Assembly: GCA_017450965.1 (NCBI GenBank)
Contig: JAFSSQ010000022.1
Coordinates: 232-64,231 of the forward strand
Length of the DNA stretch: 64,000 bases
Origin: Clostridia bacterium
GTDB lineage: Bacteria; Bacillota; Clostridia; Oscillospirales; CAG-272
Direction of reading: 5' to 3'
Made by a program: the position numbers and the translations under genes. The notes under the pieces were generated by a model. The model did not search any database and was not told where the DNA came from. It saw nothing but the letters and a program-made list of their open reading frames with translations. Below, in pieces: positions 43,921-54,189 of this stretch (within the stretch, counting starts at the first letter, position 1; each line of letters starts with the position of its first letter).

Positions 43921-44699
43921 CCTTTTTGTTCCTCCTCGCCGGTAAAGGCCATCACGGCGGTGATGTTGTCCGAGCCGCCCTCTTCGTTCGCCAGGTTCAC
44001 CAGCCGCCGGACGATCGTCTCGGTCGGCAGGGAAAAGTCGGCGAGATATTTTCCGATCACGGCGTTTTCCGCGTTGGCGCTGAGCCCGTCCGAGCATATC
44101 AGGACCCGGCTGTCCTCCACGACCGCGGAAAAAACGTCGGTCGCGAGGCCGGGGGCGATCCCGACGGCGCGGGTGATGATGTTCCGGTTTTTGTCGGTAC
44201 GGGCCTCGTCCTCCGAGATGCGCCCGAGATCGACGAGGTACTGGACGTAGGAGTGGTCGCGGGAGAGCTGGCGCATATCGCCGTCGCGGCTGCAGGTATA
44301 GACGCGGCTGTCCCCGATGTTGATCCCGCAGAGCAGATCGCGCGAGACCAGAGCCGCGGCGAGGGTCGTTCCCATCCCCTGCAGCTCCGGCCGGTGCTCC
44401 GCCCGCTCAAAAACGGCGCGGTTCGCCTTCTGCGCCGCCTCCGCGAGATCGCTCATGATCTTTTCCGTGTCGGCGGTGAAGTATCCCGTTTCCGGATCGT
44501 AGCAGGCGTCCGCCTTTTCGGCGACCGAGTCGTAAAACGCCCGGATGGCGATGGCGCTCGCCTCTTTCCCGCCGGCAACGCCGCCCATCCCGTCGCAGAC
44601 GCAGAGCAGGGCGAGCCCCGGCAAGAGTTCCTTTGCGATGAAGTCGTCTTGGTTGACGAGGCGCTCCCGTCCGATGTCAGTCATTCCGAATATTTGCAT
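43917..44699 (-). CDS. prpC: PP2C-family Ser/Thr phosphatase (Stp/PrpC)
   Basis: 260 aa; TDIGRERLVNQD, VCDGMGG, CSDGL motifs. Confidence 0.9.
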   Translation of the reverse strand: MQIFGMTDIGRERLVNQDDFIAKELLPGLALLCVCDGMGGVAGGKEASAIAIRAFYDSVAEKADACYDPETGYFTADTEKIMSDLAEAAQKANRAVFERAEHRPELQGMGTTLAAALVSRDLLCGINIGDSRVYTCSRDGDMRQLSRDHSYVQYLVDLGRISEDEARTDKNRNIITRAVGIAPGLATDVFSAVVEDSRVLICSDGLSANAENAVIGKYLADFSLPTETIVRRLVNLANEEGGSDNITAVMAFTGEEEQKG

Positions 44700-45792
44700 A
44701 ATCCGTCACCGTCCTTTCGGTAGTGTGTGGAGATCCCGTTTCCTTTATGCGGGACCGGCGCAGTTGGCCGCACGCGGCGTTGATGTCCGGGCCGAGCCGC
44801 CGGCGCAGGGTGGCGTTCATCCCCATCCGGCAGAGCGCTTCGCAGAACGCCTTGGCCGCCGCGTCGTCCGGGGAGCGGTAGTCCCGCTCGCGGACCGGGT
44901 TGAGCCGGATGAGATTGATGTGGACCGGCGTGCTGCCGGGGAAGTAGCGCCGCAGGAGGCGCGCAAGACGCCGGGCGTCTTCCTCGCTGTCGTTTTCGCC
45001 TCGAAGCAGCGTGTATTCAAAACTGATCCTGCGTCCCGTCGCGGCAAAGTAATCGCGGCAGGCGGAGAGCAGCGTATCCAGGGGATAGCGGTCGTTGACC
45101 GGCATCACGGCGGAGCGCCGCTCGTCGGTGGAGGCGTGCAGGGAGATCGAGAGAGTGATCGGCAGATCCGCCCGTTTCAGCTCTTCGATCCGGTCGGCCA
45201 GCCCGCAGGTGGAGAGGGAGATGTGCCGGAGCCCGATATTCAGTCCCTCCGGCGCGCTCACGAGGGTCAGAAACCGCAGGACGTTTGCGAGGTTGTCAAG
45301 CGGTTCGCCGATCCCCATCATCACGATCCCGTCGATCCGGCGGCCGGCGTCCCGTCCGGCGGCGATCACCTGCCCGTAGATCTCGGACGGGAGCAGATCC
45401 CGGATCCGCCCTCCGATCGTGGAGGCGCAGAAGCGGCAGCCCATCCGGCAGCCGACCTGGGAGGAGACGCAGAGGGAGGCGCCGTGCTCATAAAGCATCA
45501 GCACACTTTCCACCTCCTCGCCGTCGGCCATCCGCATCAGATACTTGGTCGTGCCGTCGAGTGCGGAGACCTGCTTTTCCGCGATCTCGGGGACGAGGTA
45601 CTGTGCCGTTTCCTCCAGCCTGGCGCGCAGGGAGAGGGGGAAGGTCGTGATCCCGGAAAAGCGTTCTCCCCGCGCGATCGCGGAGAAAAACTGTTTTGCC
45701 CGGTATTTCGGCTCGCCGAGGGAGGCAAAATAGGCCTCAAGCTCGGGGACGGTGAGGGAGCAGAGATCGGTTTTTTCGGTCGTATCAGGCAT
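44677..45792 (-). CDS. rlmN: 23S rRNA/tRNA adenine-C2 methyltransferase RlmN (radical SAM)
   Basis: 371 aa; CVSSQVGCRMGCRFC cluster, KYRAKQ N-terminus. Confidence 0.9.
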   Translation of the reverse strand: MPDTTEKTDLCSLTVPELEAYFASLGEPKYRAKQFFSAIARGERFSGITTFPLSLRARLEETAQYLVPEIAEKQVSALDGTTKYLMRMADGEEVESVLMLYEHGASLCVSSQVGCRMGCRFCASTIGGRIRDLLPSEIYGQVIAAGRDAGRRIDGIVMMGIGEPLDNLANVLRFLTLVSAPEGLNIGLRHISLSTCGLADRIEELKRADLPITLSISLHASTDERRSAVMPVNDRYPLDTLLSACRDYFAATGRRISFEYTLLRGENDSEEDARRLARLLRRYFPGSTPVHINLIRLNPVRERDYRSPDDAAAKAFCEALCRMGMNATLRRRLGPDINAACGQLRRSRIKETGSPHTTERTVTDYANIRND

Positions 45793-47119
45793 GGGACGTT
45801 CCTTTTTTGATCATCCGGCAGAGGAAAAAGCCGTCTGTGTTCGTTTTGGCGGGCAGAAGGGTCAGCATCCCCTCCTCGGAGGAGAGGACGGTCCCGTCCG
45901 ATCCGGTGAAGGTGAAGTCAAACGGAGCAAAGTCCGGATGCTCGGCGAGAAAGCGCCGGCAGACCTCGTCGTTTTCCGCGCGGCGGAGGGTGCAGGTGGA
46001 ATAGACGAGCGTGCCGCCGTCCTTGAGATAGGCGGAGGAGGCGTCGAGGATCGCGCAGGCGGTCTCCGGCAGGGCGAGGACGTCCGCCTCCTCTTTGCGG
46101 CGGATATCCGGCTTTTTGGCGGTAACGCCGAGCCCGGAGCAGGGAACGTCGCAGAGAACGCGGTCGAGTTTTCCGAAGAGTTTTTGGCGCGGGGAGAGGG
46201 CGTTTTGCTCGGCGGGGAAGACGTTTTCCAGACCGAGTTTTTTCGCGCCGTTTTCGATCAGGGAGAGCTTGGAGCGGTGCAGGTCGAAAGAGCGGACCCG
46301 CCCCGTCCCCTTCATATCGAGCGCGAGAGAAAAGCTTTTGGAGCCCGGCGCGGCGCAGACGTCCGCAACGTCCTCGTTTTCCTTTGCGCCGAGGAGGCGG
46401 GCGCAGAGCTGGGACGCCTCGTCCTGAACGAAGCAGAGCCCTTCGTCAAACCCGGGGAGGCGGGAGGGGGCGGCGTTTTCTTCGATCACGATCCCGCAGT
46501 CGGAGAAGTTCGTCGGCCGCGCGCCGAAGGGGGAAAGGAGAGCGAGCAGCTCGTCCCGCCCGGTCTTTTGCGTGTTGACGCGCAGGGTCAGCGGCGGTTT
46601 GCGGGAGAAGGCCTCCAGCGTTTCTTTCGCCGCTGTTTCCCCGTAGTCGCGCACAAGCGAGGCGCACATCCAGAGGGGGTAGGAATAGCGGGCGGAAAGG
46701 TAGGGAACGAGGCCGTCCTCCTCGCGCGGAAAGACGACTTTCTCCGGCTCCCGCAGGTAGGAGCGCAGCACGGCGTTGACAAACCCGCGCTCCCCCCGCT
46801 GCCGCGCCAGCGCGACCGTTTCGTTGACGGCGGCGTGCGGCGGCGTCCCGAGAAAGATCAGCTGATAAAACCCGAGCCGGAGCAGATAGCGGGTAAAGCG
46901 TTCCAGCTCGTTTACCGGTCGGGAGGAGTAGGCGGCGAGATAGAAATCAAGGGTGATTTTCTTTTCCGTCACACCGTAGACAAGCAGGGTAAAGAGGGCG
47001 CGGTCGCGTTCGTCGCCGAAGGCGGCAAGCGCGGAGGGAAGCGCCAGATTGAGATATTTGTTGTCCCGCTCCGCGTCGCAGAGGAACCGGAGCGCCGCGT
47101 CTCTGACTTTGTCTTTCAT
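45785..47119 (-). CDS. rsmB: 16S rRNA (cytosine967-C5)-methyltransferase
   Basis: 444 aa; NusB-like N-domain, DVCAAPGSKS and DVPCSGLG motifs. Confidence 0.9.
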   Translation of the reverse strand: MKDKVRDAALRFLCDAERDNKYLNLALPSALAAFGDERDRALFTLLVYGVTEKKITLDFYLAAYSSRPVNELERFTRYLLRLGFYQLIFLGTPPHAAVNETVALARQRGERGFVNAVLRSYLREPEKVVFPREEDGLVPYLSARYSYPLWMCASLVRDYGETAAKETLEAFSRKPPLTLRVNTQKTGRDELLALLSPFGARPTNFSDCGIVIEENAAPSRLPGFDEGLCFVQDEASQLCARLLGAKENEDVADVCAAPGSKSFSLALDMKGTGRVRSFDLHRSKLSLIENGAKKLGLENVFPAEQNALSPRQKLFGKLDRVLCDVPCSGLGVTAKKPDIRRKEEADVLALPETACAILDASSAYLKDGGTLVYSTCTLRRAENDEVCRRFLAEHPDFAPFDFTFTGSDGTVLSSEEGMLTLLPAKTNTDGFFLCRMIKKGTSHA

Positions 47120-47814
47120 CTTCTTCCTCGACGGTCGGTGATCAAAAGGAGCCGCAAAATCTGCATCAGGGAGACGGCAAGCGCCGCCACGTAAGTCAGC
47201 GCCGCCGCGCGCAGGACCTTGCGGGAAAAGGTAAGTTCTTCTTCGGAAAAACGTCCGCAGTCCGCCATCTCCTTCAAGGCGCGTGCGCTCGCGTCAAACT
47301 CCACCGGCAGCGTCAGAAGCTGGAAAACGGCGGAAAAGGCGAACAGCAGGATCCCGATATACGCCAGAGCGGAAAAGTTGAGCAAAAGCCCGATCAAAAG
47401 GAGGGGGATCGCCAGAGTGGAACCGATCCGCGTCAGCGGGATCACGGCGGAGCGGATGCGGATGGGGCGGTAGTTTTCCTCGTGCTGGACGGCGTGCCCC
47501 GCCTCGTGGCAGGCAACGCCGACCGCCGCGGCGGTGGAGGCGCCGTATACGCTCTCCGAGAGCCGGAGAACGCCCGAGCGCGGGTCAAAATGGTCGGTCA
47601 GTTCGCCGGAAACACGCTCGATGCGCACGGCGTACAGGCCGTTGCGGTCAAGGATCATCCGGGCGGCTTCCGCGCCCGTCATCCCGCTCGAGACGGGAAC
47701 GGACGAGGCTTTTTTGAAGGTGCTTTGGACGTGATACTGCGCCCAGAGGGCGAAGAAAACGGCGGGGAGGACGAGGATGACGTAGGTCCAGTCGATCCCG
47801 TAATAAGTGAGCAT
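47116..47814 (-). CDS. Membrane zinc metallopeptidase (Zn_peptidase_2-like)
   Basis: 232 aa; HEAGHAVQH, N- and C-terminal TMs. Confidence 0.8.
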   Translation of the reverse strand: MLTYYGIDWTYVILVLPAVFFALWAQYHVQSTFKKASSVPVSSGMTGAEAARMILDRNGLYAVRIERVSGELTDHFDPRSGVLRLSESVYGASTAAAVGVACHEAGHAVQHEENYRPIRIRSAVIPLTRIGSTLAIPLLLIGLLLNFSALAYIGILLFAFSAVFQLLTLPVEFDASARALKEMADCGRFSEEELTFSRKVLRAAALTYVAALAVSLMQILRLLLITDRRGRR

Positions 47815-48759
47815 TCAGTTCTCCTTTTTTCCTAACAGGTCTCCCTTTTTGAGCTTCCGGCCGCGCAGGTAGTCCGCGGCTTTCATCCGCTGCTTGCCCT
47901 CGGGGAGCAGCTCGGCGATCTCTAAGACCCGCCCGTCGCCGCAACAGACGAGAAGTTTTTTTTCGTCGGTCAGGACCTCGCCCGCCTCGCCCTCGGAAAA
48001 GAGACCGGGCAGGGAGGAGGAGACGATCTTGAGAAGGGATCCGTCGGGCGTGAAGGTGCGGCAGAGGGGAGCGGGGGAGAGGGCGCGGATCCGGTTGTGC
48101 AGGACGCGCGCGGGGAGAGAGAAATCGAGCGTTTCCTCGCCTCGGTCGATCTTCGGCGCGACGGTGGCGAGGCGGCCGTCCTGCGGAACGCGGACCAGAG
48201 TGCCGGCTTCCAGTTTCCGGAGGGTTTCGGTCAGCGCGTCGGCGCCGAGCCGGGCGAGCGCGTCCGAAACGGAGCCGAAGCATTCGTTCTCCCCCGGCCG
48301 GTAGGTCCGGGTGAGGAGCATATCGCCGGTGTCCATCCCCTCGTCCATATACATCGTCGTCACGCCGACGACCTCCTGCCCGTCCATCAGGGAGCGCTGC
48401 ATCGGCGCGGCGCCGCGGTACGCGGGCAGGAGACTGCCGTGCACGTTGACGCAGCCGAAGGGGGGATAGGAGAGGACCGACGCGGGGAGGATCTTGCCGT
48501 AGGCGACGACGACGATCAGCTCGGGATCGAGCCGGGCGAGCAGCCCCGAGAAGGCCTCGTCCCGCAGCGTGTCCGGCTGGAAGACGGGCAGACCGAGCTC
48601 CTCGGCGCGCACCTTGACGGGCGGCGGCGTGAGGCGCATTTTTCTCCCCTGGGGGGTGTCTTTTTTGGTGACGACGCCGCAGATTTCGTGCCCCGCGGCG
48701 ACCAGCGCGTCGAGGGAGACGACGGCGAACGCCGGCGTTCCCATAAAAAGGATCTTCAT
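47815..48759 (-). CDS. fmt: Methionyl-tRNA formyltransferase
   Basis: MKILFMGTPAFAV..., NVHGSLLPAYRGAAP motif. Confidence 0.95.
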   Translation of the reverse strand: MKILFMGTPAFAVVSLDALVAAGHEICGVVTKKDTPQGRKMRLTPPPVKVRAEELGLPVFQPDTLRDEAFSGLLARLDPELIVVVAYGKILPASVLSYPPFGCVNVHGSLLPAYRGAAPMQRSLMDGQEVVGVTTMYMDEGMDTGDMLLTRTYRPGENECFGSVSDALARLGADALTETLRKLEAGTLVRVPQDGRLATVAPKIDRGEETLDFSLPARVLHNRIRALSPAPLCRTFTPDGSLLKIVSSSLPGLFSEGEAGEVLTDEKKLLVCCGDGRVLEIAELLPEGKQRMKAADYLRGRKLKKGDLLGKKEN

Positions 48760-48763
48760 CGGT

Positions 48764-49258
48764 TCAATCGGCGGGGATCAGGCCCGCTTCCTTCATTTCT
48801 TTTTTGGTCAGCATGTGGACGGAAACGTCGGGGTAGAGCTTTCCGTCCAGATGGTCGAGCTCGTGGCAGAGGGCGCGCGCGAGCAGATCGGAGCCGGTCA
48901 CTTCAAAAAAGTCTCCGTTCCGGTCCTGCGCCCGCACCGTTACCGTCTTCGGGCGGACGGTGTAGCCCCAGCGTCCGGGCAGGGAGAGACAGCCCTCCAG
49001 CTCGTTTTGCGTTTCCTCGGAGGCTTTGATGATCGCGGGGTTGATCAGCTCGATCGGATGCCCCTCCTCCGTTTCCACCACCACGACCCGCCGCAGAACG
49101 CCGACCTGCACGGCGGCGAGCCCGCAGCCGTTCGCGCGGTGCATCGTATCCAGCATATCGTCGAGCAGGGTGCGGATGCGCGGCGTGATCTCCTCGACCC
49201 GTCGGCTGATCTTGCGCAGGGTGGGGTCGTCGTCTTTGATGATGTTGCGTATCGCCAT
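48764..49258 (-). CDS. def: Peptide deformylase
   Basis: ORF trimmed to MAIRNIIKDDDP (ATG 49258); GCGLAAVQVG, EGCLSLPG, HELDH. Confidence 0.95.
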   Translation of the reverse strand: MAIRNIIKDDDPTLRKISRRVEEITPRIRTLLDDMLDTMHRANGCGLAAVQVGVLRRVVVVETEEGHPIELINPAIIKASEETQNELEGCLSLPGRWGYTVRPKTVTVRAQDRNGDFFEVTGSDLLARALCHELDHLDGKLYPDVSVHMLTKKEMKEAGLIPAD

Positions 49259-49277
49259 GTTTGTTGCCTTTCTTGTT

Positions 49278-51746
49278 TCAGATTCCCGAGGGATTGAAGT
49301 CGGCGGACAGCGTGACGCCGTTTTTGCCGGCCCCTTCGCAAAACTCCTCGAGCAGCGTCCCGAAAAAGAGGCGCGTGCGGGAGGAGAGCCGGCATTTGAC
49401 GACCATCCGCATCCGGTAGCGGTCCGCCAGCTTGTAGATCGGCGCTTCAAAGGGGCCGAACGCCGTCGCCTTCACGTCGGCGAAATCGTTTTGCAGATGG
49501 GAGGAAAACAGCGCGGAGAGCCGTTCGCTCGCCCGGGTCAGGGCGTCCTCGTCCTCCGCGGCGAGGGAAAGGGTCACGATGTCGCAGCACGGCGGCCAGA
49601 TAAAGCCGCGGCGCAGCGCGATCTCGGCGTTGTAAAACTCCTCGTAATCGCCGCGGCAGGCGAGCAGCAGCGATTCGTTATCGGGGCGGAAGGTCTGCAC
49701 GACGGCGACACCGCCGCGCTCCGCCCGTCCGGCGCGCCCCACTACCTGCGTGATCAGGGAAAAGGTGCGCTCGTTCGCGCGGTAATCGCCGATGGAGAGG
49801 GAGGCGTCCGCCGAGAGGACGCCGACCAGCGTCACCATCGGGAAATCGTGTCCCTTCGCCACCATCTGCGTACCGAGCAGCAGATCGTACTCTCCCCGCC
49901 GGAAGGCGGTGAGCATCCGGTCGTAGGTCGCCTTTGTCGTCGCGGTGTCCGCGTCCATCCGCAGGACCCGGATCGCGGGCAGAAGACGGGAAAGTTCCGC
50001 CTCCGCCTGCTGCGTCCCGCACCCCTCGAAGGTCATTTTTTCCGAGCCGCAGGAGGGGCATTTTTTGAGAACGGAGGAGGTAAAGCCGCAGTAATGACAG
50101 AGCAGTCTGCCGTCGCTTTCGTTTTTTTCGCGGTGGCGGGTCAGCGGGACCGAACAGCGCGGACAGACGACCGGCTCCCCGCACTCGAGACAGCTTTCGT
50201 AGCTGTTGTAGCCGCGGCGGTTGAGCAGGATGATCGCCTGCTCCCCCCGCTCCCTGACTGTTTCAAGACGCGCGAGCAGCTCGCGGGAGAAGGGAGAAAC
50301 GTTCCCGGCCCGCAGCTCGCGGCGCATATCGCAGACGAGGACCTCCGGCAGCTTGGCGCCGCCGTAGCGTTCCTTCAGCTCGCAGAGCTCGTACTGCCCG
50401 CTTTTGGCTTTGGAAAAGCTCTCCACGGAGGGCGTGGCGGAGCAGAGAAGCATCAGGGCGTTTTCCTTTGCGCAGCGGAAACGCGCCACGTCCCGCGCGT
50501 GATACTTCGGGTCGGTATCGGATTTGTAGGTGTGCTCCTGCTCCTCGTCGAGCACGATCATCCCCAGCCGCGGGAGCGGGGCGAAAACGGCGCTGCGCGT
50601 GCCGATCACCACGTCCACCGTTCCGGCGCGGATGCGTTTGTAAGCGTCGTACCGTTCGCCCGCCGAGAGGGCGGAGTGCAGAACGGCGACGCGCTCGCCG
50701 TAGAAGGAGCAGAAGATCGAGACGGTCTGTGGGGTGAGGGAGATCTCCGGCACCATCAGGATCACGGTGCGTCCCGCTCCGGTCACTTCGTCGATCATCG
50801 CTTTGACGACGCGCGTTTTTCCGCTCCCGGTGATCCCGAACAGGAGCGCCGCCTTCGGCTCGCCGGATAAAAACAGCTCCCGCAGCCGCAGATAGACCCC
50901 TCGCTGCGCGTCGGAGAGGATATTTTTTTTGTTTGCGTCCGGCTTGATCGCGGCGTAGGAATTGCGGAAGGTCTCGGTCTTCTCCAGCCGGATCAGCCCG
51001 GCGTCCTCGAGAGCGTTCAGCTGAGCGGGGGAGCAGTCCGCCCGTTCGAGCAGCGCGGCTTTTTCGCTCCCGTCCGAGGAAAGGATCGCGGAGAGCAGCG
51101 CCCGCTGCTTTTTCCCCCGCAGGGCGAGGGGGCCTTTCCCCTCGGCCGCCTCCCGCGCCGTTTGCGCGTCCGTTTTCAGAAAAACGCGCACGGTATAGCG
51201 GTCGCGTTTGTTTTCCTTTACCTCAAAATCGCGCAAGAGATGCCCGGAGCGGCAGAGCCGCGTGAGGATCTCCCCCGCCTCCTCGCCGCAGTCGGTTTTC
51301 ACCCGGGCGGCGGAGACCTTCTTTTCCCGCCGTACGTAATCGCAGACCGCCCGCTCCGTCGGGGAGAGGGAGGAAGGATCCGCCTTTCCGGGAAGATAGA
51401 ACTCGGCAAGGGAGGAAAAAGCGGCGGAGGGAAGCAGGGTCCTCGCCGCCTCTCCGACCGTGCAGAGGCAGGTGCGCTTCAGGTAAAAGCACAGCTCCAG
51501 CTGGCGCCGGTCCAGGGAAAAGCGTTCCCCGTTCACCGCAAGGACGGGTTTGACGCGCCTGTAGTCGCAATTCTCCCGCCGCTCGACGGCCAGCGCGGAA
51601 ACGCGCCGGTTCGCCGCGCCGAAGGGAACGGTCACAAACGCGCCGGGGACCGCCTCGTTTTCCATCCCGTCGGGGACGAAATAGTCGTACGGGCGGTCGA
51701 TATGGTAGGGGACGTCCAGAATATGGACGGCGATATATCCGCTCAT
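49278..51746 (-). CDS. priA: Primosomal protein N' (replication restart helicase)
   Basis: 822 aa; GITGSGKT, LDEEQE, Cys-rich zinc insertion (CLECG...CPRC...CHYCG...CPSCG). Confidence 0.95.
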   Translation of the reverse strand: MSGYIAVHILDVPYHIDRPYDYFVPDGMENEAVPGAFVTVPFGAANRRVSALAVERRENCDYRRVKPVLAVNGERFSLDRRQLELCFYLKRTCLCTVGEAARTLLPSAAFSSLAEFYLPGKADPSSLSPTERAVCDYVRREKKVSAARVKTDCGEEAGEILTRLCRSGHLLRDFEVKENKRDRYTVRVFLKTDAQTAREAAEGKGPLALRGKKQRALLSAILSSDGSEKAALLERADCSPAQLNALEDAGLIRLEKTETFRNSYAAIKPDANKKNILSDAQRGVYLRLRELFLSGEPKAALLFGITGSGKTRVVKAMIDEVTGAGRTVILMVPEISLTPQTVSIFCSFYGERVAVLHSALSAGERYDAYKRIRAGTVDVVIGTRSAVFAPLPRLGMIVLDEEQEHTYKSDTDPKYHARDVARFRCAKENALMLLCSATPSVESFSKAKSGQYELCELKERYGGAKLPEVLVCDMRRELRAGNVSPFSRELLARLETVRERGEQAIILLNRRGYNSYESCLECGEPVVCPRCSVPLTRHREKNESDGRLLCHYCGFTSSVLKKCPSCGSEKMTFEGCGTQQAEAELSRLLPAIRVLRMDADTATTKATYDRMLTAFRRGEYDLLLGTQMVAKGHDFPMVTLVGVLSADASLSIGDYRANERTFSLITQVVGRAGRAERGGVAVVQTFRPDNESLLLACRGDYEEFYNAEIALRRGFIWPPCCDIVTLSLAAEDEDALTRASERLSALFSSHLQNDFADVKATAFGPFEAPIYKLADRYRMRMVVKCRLSSRTRLFFGTLLEEFCEGAGKNGVTLSADFNPSGI

Positions 51747-51776
51747 TGTGTCCCCCTTTCCGGCAGTCTGTCTTTT

Positions 51777-52061
51777 TTACTCTTTGTCAGACGGTTCCCC
51801 GTCCTCGGCGCGGATCAGTTCGTACTCTCCGCTGTCGAGACGGTTGATCGCCGCTTTGACGGCCTTTTCGTCTTCGGCGTCGAGCTTGAGCATCGCGGCG
51901 ATGGTCTTGTCGGTCTCCTTGTTGGCGATCATCTTTTCCGCTTCCTCGCGGCGCTCGGTGTAGTCGTCGGTCAGGACGCGGGCGAGCTTCGCCGTGCCGA
52001 GCACCAGCTCGTAACGGTTGAATTGTCCCTTGGTAAGATCTTCGATGGAAGGCTTGATCAT
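51777..52061 (-). CDS. rpoZ: RNA polymerase subunit omega (with acidic C-terminal extension)
   Basis: MIKPSIEDLTKGQFNRYELVLGTAKLAR typical omega N-terminus. Confidence 0.85.
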   Translation of the reverse strand: MIKPSIEDLTKGQFNRYELVLGTAKLARVLTDDYTERREEAEKMIANKETDKTIAAMLKLDAEDEKAVKAAINRLDSGEYELIRAEDGEPSDKE

Positions 52062-52142
52062 GGCTTTTTCTCCTTAAAAAATATGAGATGTATCAGGATA
52101 TGGGATTCTACCGATCGGTGTAAAACAAAAGAGAAGGGCGGG

Positions 52143-52778
52143 TCAGTCGGCGAAGTAACGCCCGACAAGGTCGGGATGGCGGCGGACGGACGCCGCTTCC
52201 GCTGCGACGATCGCGCGGAACGTCTCGGCCGTTTCTTCCGTTTTGCCGGTCTCGTTGACGATCACGTAATCGTAATCGCCGAGAGAGTCAAGCTCCGTTC
52301 CGGCTTTTTCCAGCCGCCGCAGGATCGACTCCTCGCTGTCGCGGGCGCGGGAGCGGAGGCGGCGCTCCTGCTCTTTCGCGCCCGGCGGAACGATCATCAC
52401 CAGCACCGCCTCGGGGAACGCCTTTTTGATCTGTTTGCCGCCGTTTACGTCGATCTCGAGGAGTAGGTGGCGCCCGGTCCCGAGGACCGCTTCCGCCGCC
52501 GCGCGGGGCGTGCCGTAATAGTTGCCGAGATAATCGGTGTACTCGAGCAGCTCTCCCTTCGCGATCATGTCTTCAAACTTTTCGCGGGAAACAAAGAAGT
52601 ATTCGCGGCCGTCTTTTTCGTTTTTCCCCGGCGCGCGGGTCGTGGCGGAAACGGAAAGGGCGAACGCCTCGGGGTCCTGCATGAGAAGCTGCATCACCGT
52701 CCCCTTGCCGCTGCCGGCGGGGCCGGAAACGACGAAGAGGAGTCCCTTTTGCTTTCCGAGAAAGCTTTCCTCACTCAT
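52143..52778 (-). CDS. gmk: Guanylate kinase
   Basis: P-loop [27 protein letters not shown]. Confidence 0.95.
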   Translation of the reverse strand: MSEESFLGKQKGLLFVVSGPAGSGKGTVMQLLMQDPEAFALSVSATTRAPGKNEKDGREYFFVSREKFEDMIAKGELLEYTDYLGNYYGTPRAAAEAVLGTGRHLLLEIDVNGGKQIKKAFPEAVLVMIVPPGAKEQERRLRSRARDSEESILRRLEKAGTELDSLGDYDYVIVNETGKTEETAETFRAIVAAEAASVRRHPDLVGRYFAD

Positions 52779-53037
52779 CGTCCTCTTCCTCCTCGTCGGA
52801 TTGCTTGCCGTTCAGGCGCCAGGAGATCGTCTCCGGCTGGGTGGAGGAGAGGATAACGTGCTCGCTGTCCGTGATGATCACGGAACGGGTGCGCCTGCCG
52901 CAGGTCACGTCGATCACCCGTCCCGCGTCCCGCGCGTCCTGCACCAGACGCTTGATGGGCGCGCTGTCCGGACTGACGATCGTGATCACCCGGTCGGAGG
53001 CTACGACGTTGCCGTAGCCGATGTTGATGAATTTCAT
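52771..53037 (-). CDS. remA: RemA/DUF370-family regulator
   Basis: [31 protein letters not shown]... is a near-canonical RemA sequence. Confidence 0.9.
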   Translation of the reverse strand: MKFINIGYGNVVASDRVITIVSPDSAPIKRLVQDARDAGRVIDVTCGRRTRSVIITDSEHVILSSTQPETISWRLNGKQSDEEEEDDE

Positions 53038-53050
53038 AACAACCTCTTTC

Positions 53051-53941
53051 TTATTCGATGTTCTGGATCTGTTCGCGTATTTTTTCCAGCTCGCTCTTGA
53101 TCCGGACGACGGTGTGGGAGATCGCCAGATTGGAGCACTTGGAGCCGATGGTGTTGGTCTCGCGGTTCATTTCCTGCAAAAGGAAGTCGAGCTTCCGGCC
53201 GGCGGGCTCCCGTTCGCCGAGGATGGTGTAAAACGCCTCGAAGTGGCTGCTGAGCCGCACGATTTCTTCGTCGATGGCGATCTTGTCCGCAAAGAGGGCG
53301 CACTCGGTCAGAAGCCGGCTCTCGTCCGGCACGATCCCCTCCTCGCCGAGCAGCTTGCGGATCCGCTCGGAGAGCTTGTCGCGCCGCGCCTTCACGTCTT
53401 CGTCCGAGAGGGCGGCGATCTGCGGGGTCAGCGCCCGGATCCCCTCGACCTTCGCCGTGATGTCGCGCTCGATCCGCTCGCCCTCCGCCGCCCGCGCGGC
53501 GAAGAACACGTCCGCCGCTTTCTCCAGCGTGGGGAGGAGCATCTCCCAGTCTTTTTCCGGGTCGCGCTCGGAGCGTTCGATGCGGAAGAGGTCTTTGTTC
53601 GCCGCCACCCGCATCAGGGAGAGATCGTCCTTCAGTCCGAAGGTCTCGCCAAGCTCGCGCAGCGCGTCGAGATAGGCGCGGGCGTATTCGGTATCCACCG
53701 TGACCTTCCCGCCGCCGACCTCCGAGAGCATCTCGATCCCGATATAGGCGTCCACCTTCCCGCGGGAGAGGCCGCGCCCCGTCAGATACGCCTTGACCCG
53801 GTCCTCCAGAAAGGAAAAGGTCCTCGGCAGTTTTACCGTCAGATCCAGGTAGCGGTTGTTCACCGACCGGATCTCCACGGTGATCTCCGTCTCCTCGGTG
53901 CGCGACGAGGCGCGCCCGAAGGCGGTCATGCTGTTGATCAT
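53051..53941 (-). CDS. yicC: YicC-family stress-induced protein
   Basis: ORF trimmed to [10 protein letters not shown] (ATG 53941); SVNNRYLD motif; C-terminal DUF1732-like region [12 protein letters not shown]. Confidence 0.85.
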   Translation of the reverse strand: MINSMTAFGRASSRTEETEITVEIRSVNNRYLDLTVKLPRTFSFLEDRVKAYLTGRGLSRGKVDAYIGIEMLSEVGGGKVTVDTEYARAYLDALRELGETFGLKDDLSLMRVAANKDLFRIERSERDPEKDWEMLLPTLEKAADVFFAARAAEGERIERDITAKVEGIRALTPQIAALSDEDVKARRDKLSERIRKLLGEEGIVPDESRLLTECALFADKIAIDEEIVRLSSHFEAFYTILGEREPAGRKLDFLLQEMNRETNTIGSKCSNLAISHTVVRIKSELEKIREQIQNIE

Positions 53942-54110
53942 ATCCGTCTCCGTCAGGCTGTAACAGCCCATAAAATATTTATTCAGTATATTATAGTATA
54001 AAACAAAAGCAAAAGTCAAGGGCGGCGCCGCCAAAAACCCTTTCCCGGCCGAATTTTTCCGCGCGGAGGAGGGGATACTCTCTTTTGCGGAAGAAAAGAG
54101 CGGAAAACGC

Positions 54111-54148
54111 TTGACAAAACAAAAAAGATTGTATACAATATAATTGCA
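54111..54148 (+). promoter_or_regulatory. Promoter with overlapping OhrR-type palindromic operator
   Basis: TTGACA (54111-54116), 17 nt, TACAAT (54134-54139); perfect 12-bp palindrome ATTGTATACAAT (54128-54139) and TACAAT-ATA-ATTGCA (54134-54148). Confidence 0.6.
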
Positions 54149-54189
54149 AACAAAAGAGCGGCCGCTCCGGCGGCCGCGGGGAGGATAAG

